Below, piece after piece: positions 1 through 10,089 of a stretch of DNA of 64,000 bases. A program made the translations under genes and the position numbers. Source of the DNA: Macrostomum hystrix (lineage: Eukaryota; Animalia; Platyhelminthes); NCBI GenBank assembly GCA_950097015.1, contig CATNEN010000025.1, forward strand, positions 8,742,001-8,806,000. The letters are read 5' to 3'. Positions within the stretch are counted from its first letter, which is position 1. Each line of letters opens with the position of its first letter. The notes under the pieces were generated by a model. That model searched no databases and was not told where the DNA came from. It saw only the letters and a program-made list of their open reading frames with translations.

Positions 1-190
1 TGCTAAATTAGTATTAATTACTGGGGCACCCAGCAGTTGCTGGAAGTGATCAATTCCTAAAAGAGAAACAAGGAACTTATCAAGCTTTTATCGGGTGCAA
101 ATTGTTCCCATCAATGGGGAAGATGTGCAGCACTTGTTGGACACTTTTGGATCCTGTGTGAGTCTTCAGAGCTTTAGTTCCAGCAACTAA

Positions 191-761
191 GAGAGAGAGA
201 GAGTAGGGTGAGGATATGAGAGAGTAGAGTGAGGATATGAGAGAGTAGGGTGAGGATATGAGAGAGTAGGGTGAGGATATGAGAGAGTAGGGTGAGGATA
301 TGAGAGAGTAGGGTGAGGATATGAGAGAGTAGGGTGAGGATATGAGAGAGTAGAGTGAGGATATGAGAGAGTAGGGTGAGGATATGAGAGAGTAGAGTGA
401 GGATATGAGAGAGTAGGGTGATGATATGAGAGAGTAGGGTGAGGATATGAGAGAGTAGGGTGAGGATATGAGAGAGTAGAGTGAGGATATGAGAGAGTAG
501 AGTGAGGATATGAGAGAGTAGGGTGAGGATATGAGAGAGTAGAGTGAGGATATGAGAGAGTAGGGTGATGATATGAGAGAGTAGAGTGAGGATATGAGAG
601 AGTAGGGTGAGGATATGAGAGAGTAGGGTGAGGATATGAGAGAGTAGAGTGAGGATATGAGAGAGTAGGGTGAGGATATGAGAGAGTAGAGTGAGGATAT
701 GAGAGAGTAGGGTGAGGATATGAGAGAGTAGTGTGAGGATATGAGAGAGTAGTGTGAGGAT
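191..761. repeat. 21-bp minisatellite (gagagagtagggtgaggatat)n
   Basis: Direct tandem repeat with few variants (agt/ggt, gag/gat), upstream of the exon at 1798. Confidence 0.95.
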
Positions 762-850
762 GTAAGATCGAACGTGTTTTAAGATAAGCGCTACAACGCT
801 TACTAAATCCTGAACCGCCGCCAGATGGCCCTAGTCTACAGTGAGCTGCT

Positions 851-1078
851 TGAAGTTTTCTTTCCTGAAGTTTTCTTTCCTGGAGTTTTTTCCCTGAAGT
901 TTTCTTCCCTGAAGTTTTCTTCCCTGAAGTTTTCATTCCTGAAGTTTTCTTTCCTGAAGTTTTCTTTCCTGAAGTTTTCTTTCCTAAAGTTTTCTTCCCT
1001 GAAGTTTTCTTTCCTGAAGTTTTCTTTCCTGAAGTTTTCTTTCCTAAAGTTTTCTTTCCAGAGTTTCGCTTTCCTAAA
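851..1078. repeat. 15-bp minisatellite (ttttctttcctgaag)n
   Basis: Direct tandem repeat visible in the sequence. Confidence 0.95.
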
Positions 1079-1085
1079 CACTGGG

Positions 1086-1690
1086 TGCCCACCCACCCAC
1101 CTGTCTAATTAACCTGGCTGCCCACCCACCCACCTGTCTAATTAACCTGGCTGCCCACCCACCCACCTGTTTAATTAACCTGGCTGCCTACCCACCCACC
1201 TGTCTAATTAACCTGGCTGCCGACCCACCCACCTGTTTAATTAACCTGGCTGCCTATCCCACCCACCTGTCTAATTAACCTGGCTGCCCACCCACCTGTC
1301 TAATTAACCTGGCTGCCCACCCACCCACCTGTCTAATTAACCTGGCTGCCCACCCACCCACCTGTTTAATTAACCTGGCTGCCTACCCACCCACCTGTCT
1401 AATTAACCTGGCTGCCCACCCACCTGTCTAATTAACCTGGCTGCCCACCCACCCACCTGTCTAATTAACCTGGCTGCCCACCCACCCACCTGTCTAATTA
1501 ACCTGGCTGCCCACCCACCCACCTGTCTAATTAACCTAGCTGCCCACCCAACCACCTGTCTAATTAACCTGGCTGCCCACCCACCCACCTGTCTAATTAA
1601 CCTGGCTGCCCACATAACTGTCTAATTAACCTGCCCACCCACCCACCTGTCTAATAAACCTGGCTGCCCACATAACTGTCTAATTAACCT
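1086..1690. repeat. 33-bp minisatellite (cccacccacccacctgtctaattaacctggctg)n grading into (ccta)n before a splice acceptor
   Basis: Direct tandem repeat with 29-bp deletion variants, followed by cctacctac repeats ending at catcag| (1797). Confidence 0.95.
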
Positions 1691-1797
1691 GATTTTTCTA
1701 TCTAATCAACTTAGCTACCCACCCACTTACCTATCTACTTGCATACCTACCTGCCTGCTTACCTACCTACCTACCTACCTACCCACCTACCCATCAG

Positions 1798-2328
1798 GTG
1801 ATTCTGGCCGGCGACCCGATGCAGCTCGGCCCAGTGGTCCAATCAACCTGGGCACTGAAGTTCGGCCTAGGCGAGTCCCTGCTCCACCGCCTCATAGAGA
1901 CCTCGCCGGCCTACGCCCGACGTCCCGGTCGCTATCCGGACGACGGCTACGATCCCCTGCTGGTGACGAAACTGCTGGAGAACTACCGCAGCCATCCCGC
2001 ACTGCTCACAGTCTACTCCGACCTGTTCTACCATTCCGAATTGATTCCGCGAGTGGATCCCGCGGCCGGCAATCGGTTCCTGACCTGGCCCAGCCTGCCG
2101 AATCCCCAAGTGCCGCTGCTATTTCACGGCGTCATCGGCGAGGACCGGCGCGAAGGCGACTCGCCGTCATGGTTCAATCCGGCCGAGGCTGTGCTGGTGG
2201 TTCGCTACGTCATCGACCTGCTGGCGCTTTGGCCGCATCTCGGCGACACCAACGACGGCATGGGCGTGGTCACGCCGTACAGGAAGCAGGCCGAGAAGAT
2301 CCGATCGCTGCTATTTGCCGATCGCTGA
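1798..2328 (+). CDS. MOV10: Exon of MOV10/Armitage/SDE3-like SF1 (UPF1-family) RNA helicase, truncated by an in-frame TGA at a retrotransposon junction
   Basis: Acceptor catcag|GTG. Translation VILAGDPMQLGPV...SLLHRL...LVTKLLENYRSHPALL...FY..EL...PLLFHGVIGEDRREGDSPSWFNPAEA...GVVTPYRKQAEKIR matches MOV10-type helicase motifs from recall. Downstream motifs (GSVEEFQG, RFNVAxTRA) not found in the window. Confidence 0.8.
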   Translation: MILAGDPMQLGPVVQSTWALKFGLGESLLHRLIETSPAYARRPGRYPDDGYDPLLVTKLLENYRSHPALLTVYSDLFYHSELIPRVDPAAGNRFLTWPSLPNPQVPLLFHGVIGEDRREGDSPSWFNPAEAVLVVRYVIDLLALWPHLGDTNDGMGVVTPYRKQAEKIRSLLFADR

Positions 2329-2690
2329 GGTTGGCAAGGGAGCTACCGCATTGGCAAAAAGGTGGTACAAGATTGTGAACGACTTGTCAGTCTGCCAAAG
2401 CCTTCGCTTTCGACCTTGGCAGTCCAATCTTGAAACGATTTCTAGAAAGGGCCTGCGGGCAAGGTGTACTGCACCTACTGTGGATTAGGGCACAGGTCAG
2501 AAGCGTGCAACAAGGTTGCCACGGCTACTAGCCGCCGGACCTTCCTGCAACAAGAGAATCGCTGTTTTCGTTGCTTGCGCACAGGCCATTGGCTTCGCAT
2601 GTGCAATGACTCACGAAAGTGCAGAAACTGCGGAGGAGCTCATCACGTGAGCATTTGCATCCCTACCGCTCAAAAACCTAAAACTAGCGA
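2329..2690 (+). mobile_element. BEL/Pao LTR retrotransposon gag fragment (triple zinc knuckle)
   Basis: CTYCGLGHRSEAC...CFRCLRTGHWLRMC...CRNCGGAHHVSIC is the three-knuckle arrangement typical of BEL/Pao Gag. Confidence 0.8.
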
Positions 2691-2857
2691 TCGGCACATA
2701 CATGTAGCTCAAAATGAAGGCGGGAAAAGGGGAAAAGACCCATGTCACGTGACCAGTGTCTACCGACCTCCGCAGAGCAGACAGATGCATCGCTTGTGAG
2801 GCAGTGAATAAATTAGGACTTTTTTCATTTTAAATTCCCGCCACTTTTCCTCACGCG

Positions 2858-3244
2858 CTAGCTAAATATCGTAATCTCACGCAGTGCTCTTTGTTCGTAA
2901 TATTCGCTCTCAAGTGGAAACATGCACCCACCCCAATTTCTTTGTATATATGTATAGTGGAAAATATAAATGCGATCTTCAACCTGCTCCCTCGCTCCCC
3001 AGTCATACCAATAACACTGGTTAAACCTACTATACGTTCTCGACGAAATATAAGCGATTAAACTTCCTAACTCTTTTCCTGTTTCGCTATTAAATAGACC
3101 GAGTTCCTTAGTTATTTTCCTAATAAAAGGAAAACAGTTAAAGATACCTTTGCCTTCCCAATCCTCTCCCAAAGATCTCTGGTCGGCCTTCTTTACCAAA
3201 ACCCACCCTATTATATGATCCCTTTGAAATACCAATATACCGTC
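2858..3244 (-). CDS. Orphan stop-free reading frame (about 128 codons) in an AT-rich unidentified insert
   Basis: Open from a possible acceptor ttttag| to the stop at 2858; Trp/Tyr-rich; AT-rich codon use unlike host exons; no recognisable motif. Confidence 0.35.
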   Translation of the reverse strand, partial: DGILVFQRDHIIGWVLVKKADQRSLGEDWEGKGIFNCFPFIRKITKELGLFNSETGKELGSLIAYISSRTYSRFNQCYWYDWGAREQVEDRIYIFHYTYIQRNWGGCMFPLESEYYEQRALREITIFS

Positions 3245-3517
3245 CTAAAATCCCGTCCAAAAGTCCACCTGAAGTCTATCTGAAGTCCACCTAAAAGTTC
3301 CCTAAATACCCCCTGAAGTTCCTAAACTCCGCCTTTATCCCTCATGAGACTGTACTAATCCCGGACCCCATAGAGGAAAGTAAGTGAGAGCGCGAAGGAC
3401 GTTCACCAGGCTACTTCAATCCATCCTGATACGCCCCACGGACTGTGTGCCCCAGATCAGTGACCTTAGCCCTCGTGCCAGCAGCAGTAAATTCCGCTCC
3501 CATTGTTAGTAGCTAGT

Positions 3518-3754
3518 TGTAGGCGGCGCCAGCCGTCACGCGTGCGTGGGGTTGGCGGCGTTCTACGTTCTTTCTCTCTGCCGCCTCTCTCCCCCCTTGG
3601 CACGCACGTTAGCTAATGTACGGGGTGCGGCTTTAGCCGCCACCCCAGCTCAAACTCAGATTTTATAATAAAATATACTGTATCGCATATTATTCGCTCT
3701 TGTGTAATTTCGGCTATCGACTACTACAAACAGTCGCGTTTCACAATTCCTACA
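3518..3754 (+). repeat. 5' LTR of Gypsy element
   Basis: TG...CA with 6-bp terminal inverted repeat; identical by eye to 8060-8296; TATA/AATAAA-like ttttataataaaa at about 3661-3673. Confidence 0.97.
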
Positions 3755-3755
3755 G

Positions 3756-3766
3756 TGGCGTCGCAA
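3756..3766 (+). promoter_or_regulatory. Primer binding site TGGCGTCGCAA
   Basis: TGG (complement of tRNA CCA) one base after the 5' LTR; priming tRNA not identified. Confidence 0.75.
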
Positions 3767-3788
3767 GCCATCGCAGCCAACGCGGGGC

Positions 3789-6700
3789 ATGGCCACAAGC
3801 TACGTTTCTCTACCTCCACCCGAGCCATTTCTCATTACTCACGACCCGCACAACGCGGGCAAACGTTGGAACGAATGGTCAGCGCGATTCGCAGACTTTA
3901 TTGAGGCATCCGGAATTGCCAATGAAAACCAAAAATGCAAGCTGCTCTGCTACACGGCCGGAAAGGAAGTCTCGGACATCATTCGGGAACTACCAAAGCC
4001 CAGGTCTGACGCCGACGGCCAGGAGCAGGAACACACACTGCAGACCATCTTCAAGGGACTGAGGCAACACTTCGACGATAGAAAGAACATCGTTTACGCT
4101 CGATACCAGTTCCGTCTGTGTGTCCAACAATCTGGTGAGAAAATCGAAGCTTGGTACAGCAGGCTGCGGACGGCTGCTGAACCATGTGAATTCGGCGACT
4201 TACGCGACTCCCTCATCCGAGACCAACTTGTTGCTACATGCACCTCCGACAAGCTGCGCAGACGGCTGCTCCAGGAAGCAAACATCTCACTGGAAGACGC
4301 GCTGCGGAAGGCCAGAGCATTCGAAGCTGCGGAAGAACAGGCTGCTGAGATGGAGAAGACCACCGAGTCGCAGGTGGCCAGCGTGGCCAATAGAAGCCAA
4401 ACAGCGTCAGACAAACGCACGCCACACAGCGAGGCCAGGCAGAGCCGATCACAGACTTGCTACCGCTGCGGCGAGCGCGGCCACGCTTCCTGTGACGCAG
4501 CCAAGGGCAAAATCTGCCACAACTGCGGCAAGCCAAACCACCTAGCAAAGGCTTGCCGCCAGCCGCGGTTAAGCAGCAACAGAGTCCAACAGCAGATTCA
4601 CGCCAACGCATACCGCACAGCTCCTGGTGACACCTCCAGCCAAGACGTGTTCACACTGCACAGGGAAGGCATCTATCCGCCTGACGTCTCGCTGAAAGTC
4701 CGAGTGGGAGATCAGCAGCTCCCGATGATGATTGACAGCGGAGCTAGCTGCAGCATTATGAGCAAATGCACCTTCAAGACGCTCCGCCGGCCGCATCTGC
4801 GAGCTCCAAAATCCGAGGTGCGAGCCTACGGTTGCGCCTCACCGCTGAAGATCCTGGGTGTCTCCGACTTACAAGTCCACGTTGGATCAGCCAGCACCGT
4901 CACTCCGTTCTACATCATGGATGGTGACGGCCTGACGATTCTCGGTCGCGAGCCCGCATTCAGACTAGGAGTGCTCAAAATCCAGCGCCCCGATTCGAGC
5001 GAGACGGAAGCCGTGCACTCAAACAACACAGCGGGATTGTCACCGCAGCTGCAAGACATCCTGCACCGTCACAGAGAAGTCTTCGAAGGCATCGGATGCA
5101 TCAAGGGCGTGCAGGTGAAAGTGCAGCTGTCAGGCGACGCCGTTCCAGTCTGCCACGCGCCTTCCCGGGTAGCGGCGCATCTAAGAGCAACCGTGGTGGA
5201 CGAGCTGAAGGCATTGGAGCGACAGGACATCATCGAAGCAGTCAAGGGACCCAGCGCCTGGGTGGCACGCATGGTCGTAGTGCCCAAGGCGGACGGCGGT
5301 GTCAGAATATGCCAAGACCTTCGCGACTTGAACGCCTTCGTTGTTCCGGAAAAGCAGCAGATCCCGACACTGGACGAAGTCACCGAGGAGATGTCTGGAG
5401 CCAAGCTTTTCAGCGAGCTCGACATCCGGAAAGCTTTCTATCAGATCCCCGTGCACGAAGACAGCCGACATCTGTTCACATTCAGCACGCCGCTCGGACT
5501 GATGCGACTGAAGCGGCTGAGCATGGGATTTACCAACGCCTCAGAAATCCTTCAACGGGTTATGCTAGGCATCCTCAGCGGCATTGACGGCGTCAGGTGG
5601 GTCCATGACGATGTCATCGTGTACGCCGCAGATATCAAACAACATCATGAAAGACTGGATCTATGTCTTCAACGCCTCCGCGAGTTTGGCATCACGTTGA
5701 ACAAAGACAAGTGCAAGTTCGCCAAGCCAGCAGTCGACTTCCTCGGAATGCATCTGTCAGCCAAGGGCATCCAACCAGCTGCCGAGAAGATCCAAGCAAT
5801 GCAGGACTTCCGGCAGCCCGCCAATGTCTCAGAAATACGGTCATTCCTCGGCACAGCAAACTTTCTGGCGAAGTTTATTTCTGGATACGCTGACGTGTCA
5901 GCCCCGCTGCGCCAACTGACTAAAAAGGGCCAGCCGTGGGAATGGACCGACAGCCACACCAAGGCATTCAACAGCATCAAAAGTGCAATTGCCAACGCCG
6001 ACACGCTAGCATTCTTCGATCGCAAGCGGCACACGGAGCTCCTGGTGGACGCATCTCCGATCGGACTCGGCGCCATTCTCACCCAGAAGCAGCCAGATGG
6101 CAGCAGCCGACCCGTGGCCTATGCCAGCAGAGCTCTGTCGCCGGTGGAGCAGCGGTATGCGCAGATTGAGCGGGAGGCGCTGGCCATCAAGTTCGCCTGC
6201 CTGAAATTCGAACATTACCTGGCAGGCGACCCGAACTTCACCGTTGTGACGGACCACCGGCCCCTCGTTCCACTGTTCAAGCCGGGTTCCCGCCCACCGC
6301 CGCGGATCGAGCGAATGGCCCTCCGCATCCAGCACCTCCGCTTTACTCTGTTGTACAGGCCGGGACCAGCAAATCCAGCCGATCTGCTTAGCCGCCAGCC
6401 GCTGCCGGAGTCGAGGCTAAACATCGGCGAGGTCATCGATGAAGCCCACGTCAACGCTGTATCAACTGGTGCCGTGCCAAAGGGCTTCACAATCCAACAA
6501 ATCAGAGAGGCTGCAAGATCTGATGCGGAAATGCAGGCTGCACTCGGCGCGATCAGAACCGGCAACTGGAACACTCTCAGCCCGGTGCAACGCTCATTCA
6601 AGTCCATCAGCAGCGAACTAACCGAGAACGACGGCGTCCTGCTTCGCGGAGATCTCATCGTCATCCCCGAGGCACTGCGGAGGCCGATCCTGCAGCTGGC

Positions 6701-7949
6701 TCACACCGGACACCTCGGGGCGGACAGGACTCTCAAGCGCCTGCAAACCAAGGTCTGGTGGCCCAAAATGTACAGCGACTGCGAAGTCTTTGTCAAGTGC
6801 TGCATCTACTGTCAGGCAGCGGCAACGCACGTGCAGCAGACGCCTCTAAAGCCGACGGAAATGCCCGACGGGCCTTGGCAGCTGCTCGGCATGGACTTCT
6901 ACGGTCCGGTGCAAGGTCACATGCTGCTCGTCACCACCGACTTGTACTCCAAGTACCCAGAAGTCGACGTAATGCAGTCAACCACGGCCGGCAGCGTGAC
7001 ACCGCACCTGAGACGGCTCTTCAGTCGCCACGGAATTCCTGCGGAGGTCATTACGGACAACGGACCGCCCTTCAACTCCGCTGAATTTCGCAACTTCCTC
7101 ACCGATTATGGGGTTCATCACCGGCTTATCTGTCCGCTGCACCCGGAGTCCAACGGAGCCACCGAACGCGTCAACCGCAGTATCGGCAAGGTGATCAAGA
7201 CGGCGATTGCTGAGGGCCGGAACTGGAGAGAGGCCCTAGACGACTGGCTACTGGCATTCCGCACCACGCCACACAGAGCCACAGGACGCACCCCGGCCGA
7301 GCTACTCATGGGCAGGGCGATCAACGACGGAATCCCGGCTATTCGGCAGCCAACTGTGACTGGATGCGACCATCAAGCCGTGAGGGACTGGAGTCGGCAG
7401 TACACGCGCGAAATGAAGCGAGCCTTTGACAAGCGCAACACCGCCAAGGAGCACAGAGTAGTTCCCGGCACAATGGTTCTCCGAAAGCAGCAGACACGCA
7501 TCAAAACTCAGCTGCCATTCGAGACCCAGCCTTGGACGGTAGAAGAGGTTCGAGGCGACACCTGCATCCTACGACGAGGCCAACAGTCCTGCATGCGACA
7601 CGTGACTCAGCTACGACCAATTTTCCCGACTGCCGGCCCGCCTGCCGACCCGCCTGCCGGCCCGCCTGCCGGCCCGCCTGCCGGCCCGCCTGCCGGCCCG
7701 CCTGCCGACCCGCCTGCCGGCCCGCCTGCCGGCCCGCCTGCCGGCCCGCCTGCCGGCCCGCCTGCCGGCCCGCCTGCCGGCCCGCCTGCCGGCCCGCCTG
7801 CCGGCCCACCTGCCGGCCCGCCTGCCGGCCCACCTCCGCCTGCCGGCACGCCTCCGCCTGTCGGCCAGGATACTGGTCAGGAAAATGATGCCGTGGCACT
7901 GAGACGCCATCCTAGAGCTGCCCGTGACAAGCCTAAGCGGTACAAGTAA
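3789..7949 (+). CDS. gag-pol: Gag-Pol polyprotein (Gag with two CCHC knuckles, protease, RT, RNase H, integrase, Pro-rich tail)
   Basis: 1386 aa ORF: CHNCGKPNHLAKAC knuckle; IDSGA protease; RICQDLRDLN, LDIRKAFYQI and WVHDDVIV RT motifs; LVDASPIGLGA and TDHRPL RNase H; HTGH..CIYC zinc finger, MDFYG, TDNGPPF and ESNGATER integrase. Confidence 0.98.
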   Translation: MATSYVSLPPPEPFLITHDPHNAGKRWNEWSARFADFIEASGIANENQKCKLLCYTAGKEVSDIIRELPKPRSDADGQEQEHTLQTIFKGLRQHFDDRKNIVYARYQFRLCVQQSGEKIEAWYSRLRTAAEPCEFGDLRDSLIRDQLVATCTSDKLRRRLLQEANISLEDALRKARAFEAAEEQAAEMEKTTESQVASVANRSQTASDKRTPHSEARQSRSQTCYRCGERGHASCDAAKGKICHNCGKPNHLAKACRQPRLSSNRVQQQIHANAYRTAPGDTSSQDVFTLHREGIYPPDVSLKVRVGDQQLPMMIDSGASCSIMSKCTFKTLRRPHLRAPKSEVRAYGCASPLKILGVSDLQVHVGSASTVTPFYIMDGDGLTILGREPAFRLGVLKIQRPDSSETEAVHSNNTAGLSPQLQDILHRHREVFEGIGCIKGVQVKVQLSGDAVPVCHAPSRVAAHLRATVVDELKALERQDIIEAVKGPSAWVARMVVVPKADGGVRICQDLRDLNAFVVPEKQQIPTLDEVTEEMSGAKLFSELDIRKAFYQIPVHEDSRHLFTFSTPLGLMRLKRLSMGFTNASEILQRVMLGILSGIDGVRWVHDDVIVYAADIKQHHERLDLCLQRLREFGITLNKDKCKFAKPAVDFLGMHLSAKGIQPAAEKIQAMQDFRQPANVSEIRSFLGTANFLAKFISGYADVSAPLRQLTKKGQPWEWTDSHTKAFNSIKSAIANADTLAFFDRKRHTELLVDASPIGLGAILTQKQPDGSSRPVAYASRALSPVEQRYAQIEREALAIKFACLKFEHYLAGDPNFTVVTDHRPLVPLFKPGSRPPPRIERMALRIQHLRFTLLYRPGPANPADLLSRQPLPESRLNIGEVIDEAHVNAVSTGAVPKGFTIQQIREAARSDAEMQAALGAIRTGNWNTLSPVQRSFKSISSELTENDGVLLRGDLIVIPEALRRPILQLAHTGHLGADRTLKRLQTKVWWPKMYSDCEVFVKCCIYCQAAATHVQQTPLKPTEMPDGPWQLLGMDFYGPVQGHMLLVTTDLYSKYPEVDVMQSTTAGSVTPHLRRLFSRHGIPAEVITDNGPPFNSAEFRNFLTDYGVHHRLICPLHPESNGATERVNRSIGKVIKTAIAEGRNWREALDDWLLAFRTTPHRATGRTPAELLMGRAINDGIPAIRQPTVTGCDHQAVRDWSRQYTREMKRAFDKRNTAKEHRVVPGTMVLRKQQTRIKTQLPFETQPWTVEEVRGDTCILRRGQQSCMRHVTQLRPIFPTAGPPADPPAGPPAGPPAGPPAGPPADPPAGPPAGPPAGPPAGPPAGPPAGPPAGPPAGPPAGPPAGPPPPAGTPPPVGQDTGQENDAVALRRHPRAARDKPKRYK
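7631..7860 (+). repeat. 12-bp coding minisatellite (gccggcccgcct)n encoding (AGPP)n in the integrase tail
   Basis: About 17 copies, in frame, with two ADPP variants. Confidence 0.95.
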
Positions 7950-8048
7950 CTAAGGAATTGTGCTCTAATCATTCATTAAGTTTCTATCATCTGAACTGTT
8001 AATCTCGTGTTCAAAGTTTAGTTTTTTCCTATTTCGTTTTATTCCTTT

Positions 8049-8059
8049 GGGGGGAGAAG
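8049..8059 (+). promoter_or_regulatory. Polypurine tract ggggggagaag
   Basis: Directly abuts the 3' LTR TG at 8060. Confidence 0.9.
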
Positions 8060-8296
8060 TGTAGGCGGCGCCAGCCGTCACGCGTGCGTGGGGTTGGCGG
8101 CGTTCTACGTTCTTTCTCTCTGCCGCCTCTCTCCCCCCTTGGCACGCACGTTAGCTAATGTACGGGGTGCGGCTTTAGCCGCCACCCCAGCTCAAACTCA
8201 GATTTTATAATAAAATATACTGTATCGCATATTATTCGCTCTTGTGTAATTTCGGCTATCGACTACTACAAACAGTCGCGTTTCACAATTCCTACA
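8060..8296 (+). repeat. 3' LTR of Gypsy element
   Basis: Same length and, by eye, same sequence as the 5' LTR. Confidence 0.97.
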
Positions 8297-8465
8297 CTAG
8301 TGTCTTGCCGCTCGGGCATTAGCGCTACCTTAGGTATAGCCCGAACAGCGTGGAAAATACCTATTCTCACCCTCATAACTTACGCTACCATCCCCCCCAA
8401 ATACTCAGCTCACCAATCCCAAATCCAACAAATAGAGAGAGAGCTGAGAGGTCTGCTACACTTGA

Positions 8466-8738
8466 AATATTGAAAAAAACTTATTGTTTCATTATAAGGT
8501 TCAATATTCGCATAAAATAACCCAAGCCCAATAGTCTGCGGCAGAGTTTTTCGAAACTAATCAGCAGGCCCAGTCAAATAGGGAATTCGTTTTAACAACA
8601 AACCTATACCCTTACCTAAACCATAATTAACACTAAACCGAAACCAAAACCGAAACCGAAACCTAACGTTGTGACTGATTGTGTGAGTACACTTGCCCTG
8701 CCAGCAAACCTAGCGTGAGTGACCTTATACACAAAAAT
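8466..8738. repeat. Dispersed repeat A with telomere-like (aaacct/aaccct) tract
   Basis: Diverged homolog of 18865-19189 (also 30866-31190, 42764-43088, 55047-55371). Confidence 0.75.
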
Positions 8739-9276
8739 CGGGATTTCAAAAGCGATAGAAACGCTGTGGCTAAGAGTGTCGGCTTGACTGTGGACAATGT
8801 CGAAGGCACTTTCTGAAGTCTGTTTGGTGGGCGCTTTTACTCATAATTTTTTATTGGCTAACAATTAATTAACAATTAATTAATAATTAATTAACAATTA
8901 ATTAACAATTAATTAACAATTAATTATCAATTAATTAACAATTAATTAACAATTAATAAATTAAGCGTTGCTTAATTTTGTTTTGCTTATAAAAACAAAA
9001 ATGTTTTTACGATCGCTTATTCCCGGTCTCCGAAGGAAGGAAAACCGAAATTGTCATTTTTTGTTTTTAGTTGAAATCTAAAATAATCGGTAATACATGC
9101 TGAAGAAGCAGAAGTGCCCCATTGTCAGTCGACCTTTCGAACCCCCGCGCGTGCGCGTATCTAGTTTGTAATTGCGATCCCCGCGACCCAGTTCCTGTAT
9201 TCCCATGTTTTACTTCTCTGTTTAGTAGTAATTGGTGATGGAGCTAATGATATATTGATAAAGGTTCCCCAATTAA
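8739..9276. repeat. Dispersed repeat B with internal (aattaattaac)n expansion
   Basis: Homolog of 16875-17311 (and +12001, +23899, +36182 copies); the microsatellite at about 8862-8962 is absent from the array copies. Confidence 0.8.
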
Positions 9277-9950
9277 GTTCATCACTTAAAAGACAGTCTA
9301 CGTCTACGCTCAACGACTCAAATCCAGCGTCAGCTACTGGCTCCTCGGTCACGGCGTGTGCCACTCGAGATGAATAGAAAGTGTCCGATTCATCGACGAG
9401 CTTGTCCCACAGCTTTACAGCGACAATGTTTGTTAGTAGTAACCCATCTGTTGCCCTTCCTGTCGCCAAGGCTATTTCGCTCAGTACTGACGGTCAACGA
9501 GAACTTCTATAGTCCGAGTCTTGTTGGACACGGCTAGCAATAGGTCATACATCAGGAAGGATGTGTGTGAACTCTGAAACATCGAGTCCGCCACAACTGA
9601 ATCATTGACGGTGTCGACCTTTACAGGTATCAATACCACAATTGCATCAGGTAGCGTCTCAGTCTCAATTCGAAAAATCTATTCACACTAAGTTCTGAAA
9701 TTGCGTGCTAATTTTGTCAAAGAGATCTGCGAGCCTCAGCGCTCAGTCTTAGTGAACGAATTCCCTCACCTGAACGGCTTGGACTTAGCGGATCCGTACG
9801 ACCCTCGTGATGCAAGCACCGATCTCAATCCTAATTGGCGCTGATCACTACTACGATATTGTCGGTGGTAAAGTCGTTCGTGGGTGTGAGGGACCGGCGG
9901 CTGCGTCGTCCAATCTGGGATTCGTTCTCTGTGGACCAGTGAAACTTAAA
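9277..9950 (+). mobile_element. BEL/Pao retrotransposon protease region, decayed
   Basis: Frameshifted translation VALPVAKA...IVRVLLDTASNRSYI (catalytic DTA at 9527-9535)...FPHLNGLDLADP...ISILIGADHYYDIV...SNLGFVLCGP is typical of BEL/Pao; logical continuation of the gag knuckles at 2464-2660. Confidence 0.8.
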
Positions 9951-10089
9951 GAGAAAATGTCTAGTCGCTCTAGTAGATTAAAAATTCATTCGCTTATCCA
10001 CTCTCTTATCCGAGTTCAACTGGTATTCGTATTAATTCATTTCGCCTTGGTGTTGGTATATTTTTCACATAATCTCCATTACTACAAGT

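Larger units (their letters stand above)
3518..8296 (+). mobile_element. Intact Ty3/Gypsy LTR retrotransposon (Mag-like), 4779 bp
   Basis: Two 237-bp LTRs (TGTAGG...CCTACA), 5-bp TSD CTAGT (3513-3517 and 8297-8301), PBS, PPT and a single uninterrupted gag-pol ORF in PR-RT-RH-IN order. Confidence 0.98.

Noticed and set aside
814-832. CTCF-like motif ccgccagatggc
   Set aside because: Single short match between minisatellites; not supportable from sequence alone.
187-1615. ORFs over the 21-, 15- and 33-bp repeats
   Set aside because: Translate minisatellites only and run across unrelated arrays.
4094-7910. Many short ORFs overlapping gag-pol on both strands
   Set aside because: Alternative frames of a GC-rich coding region.
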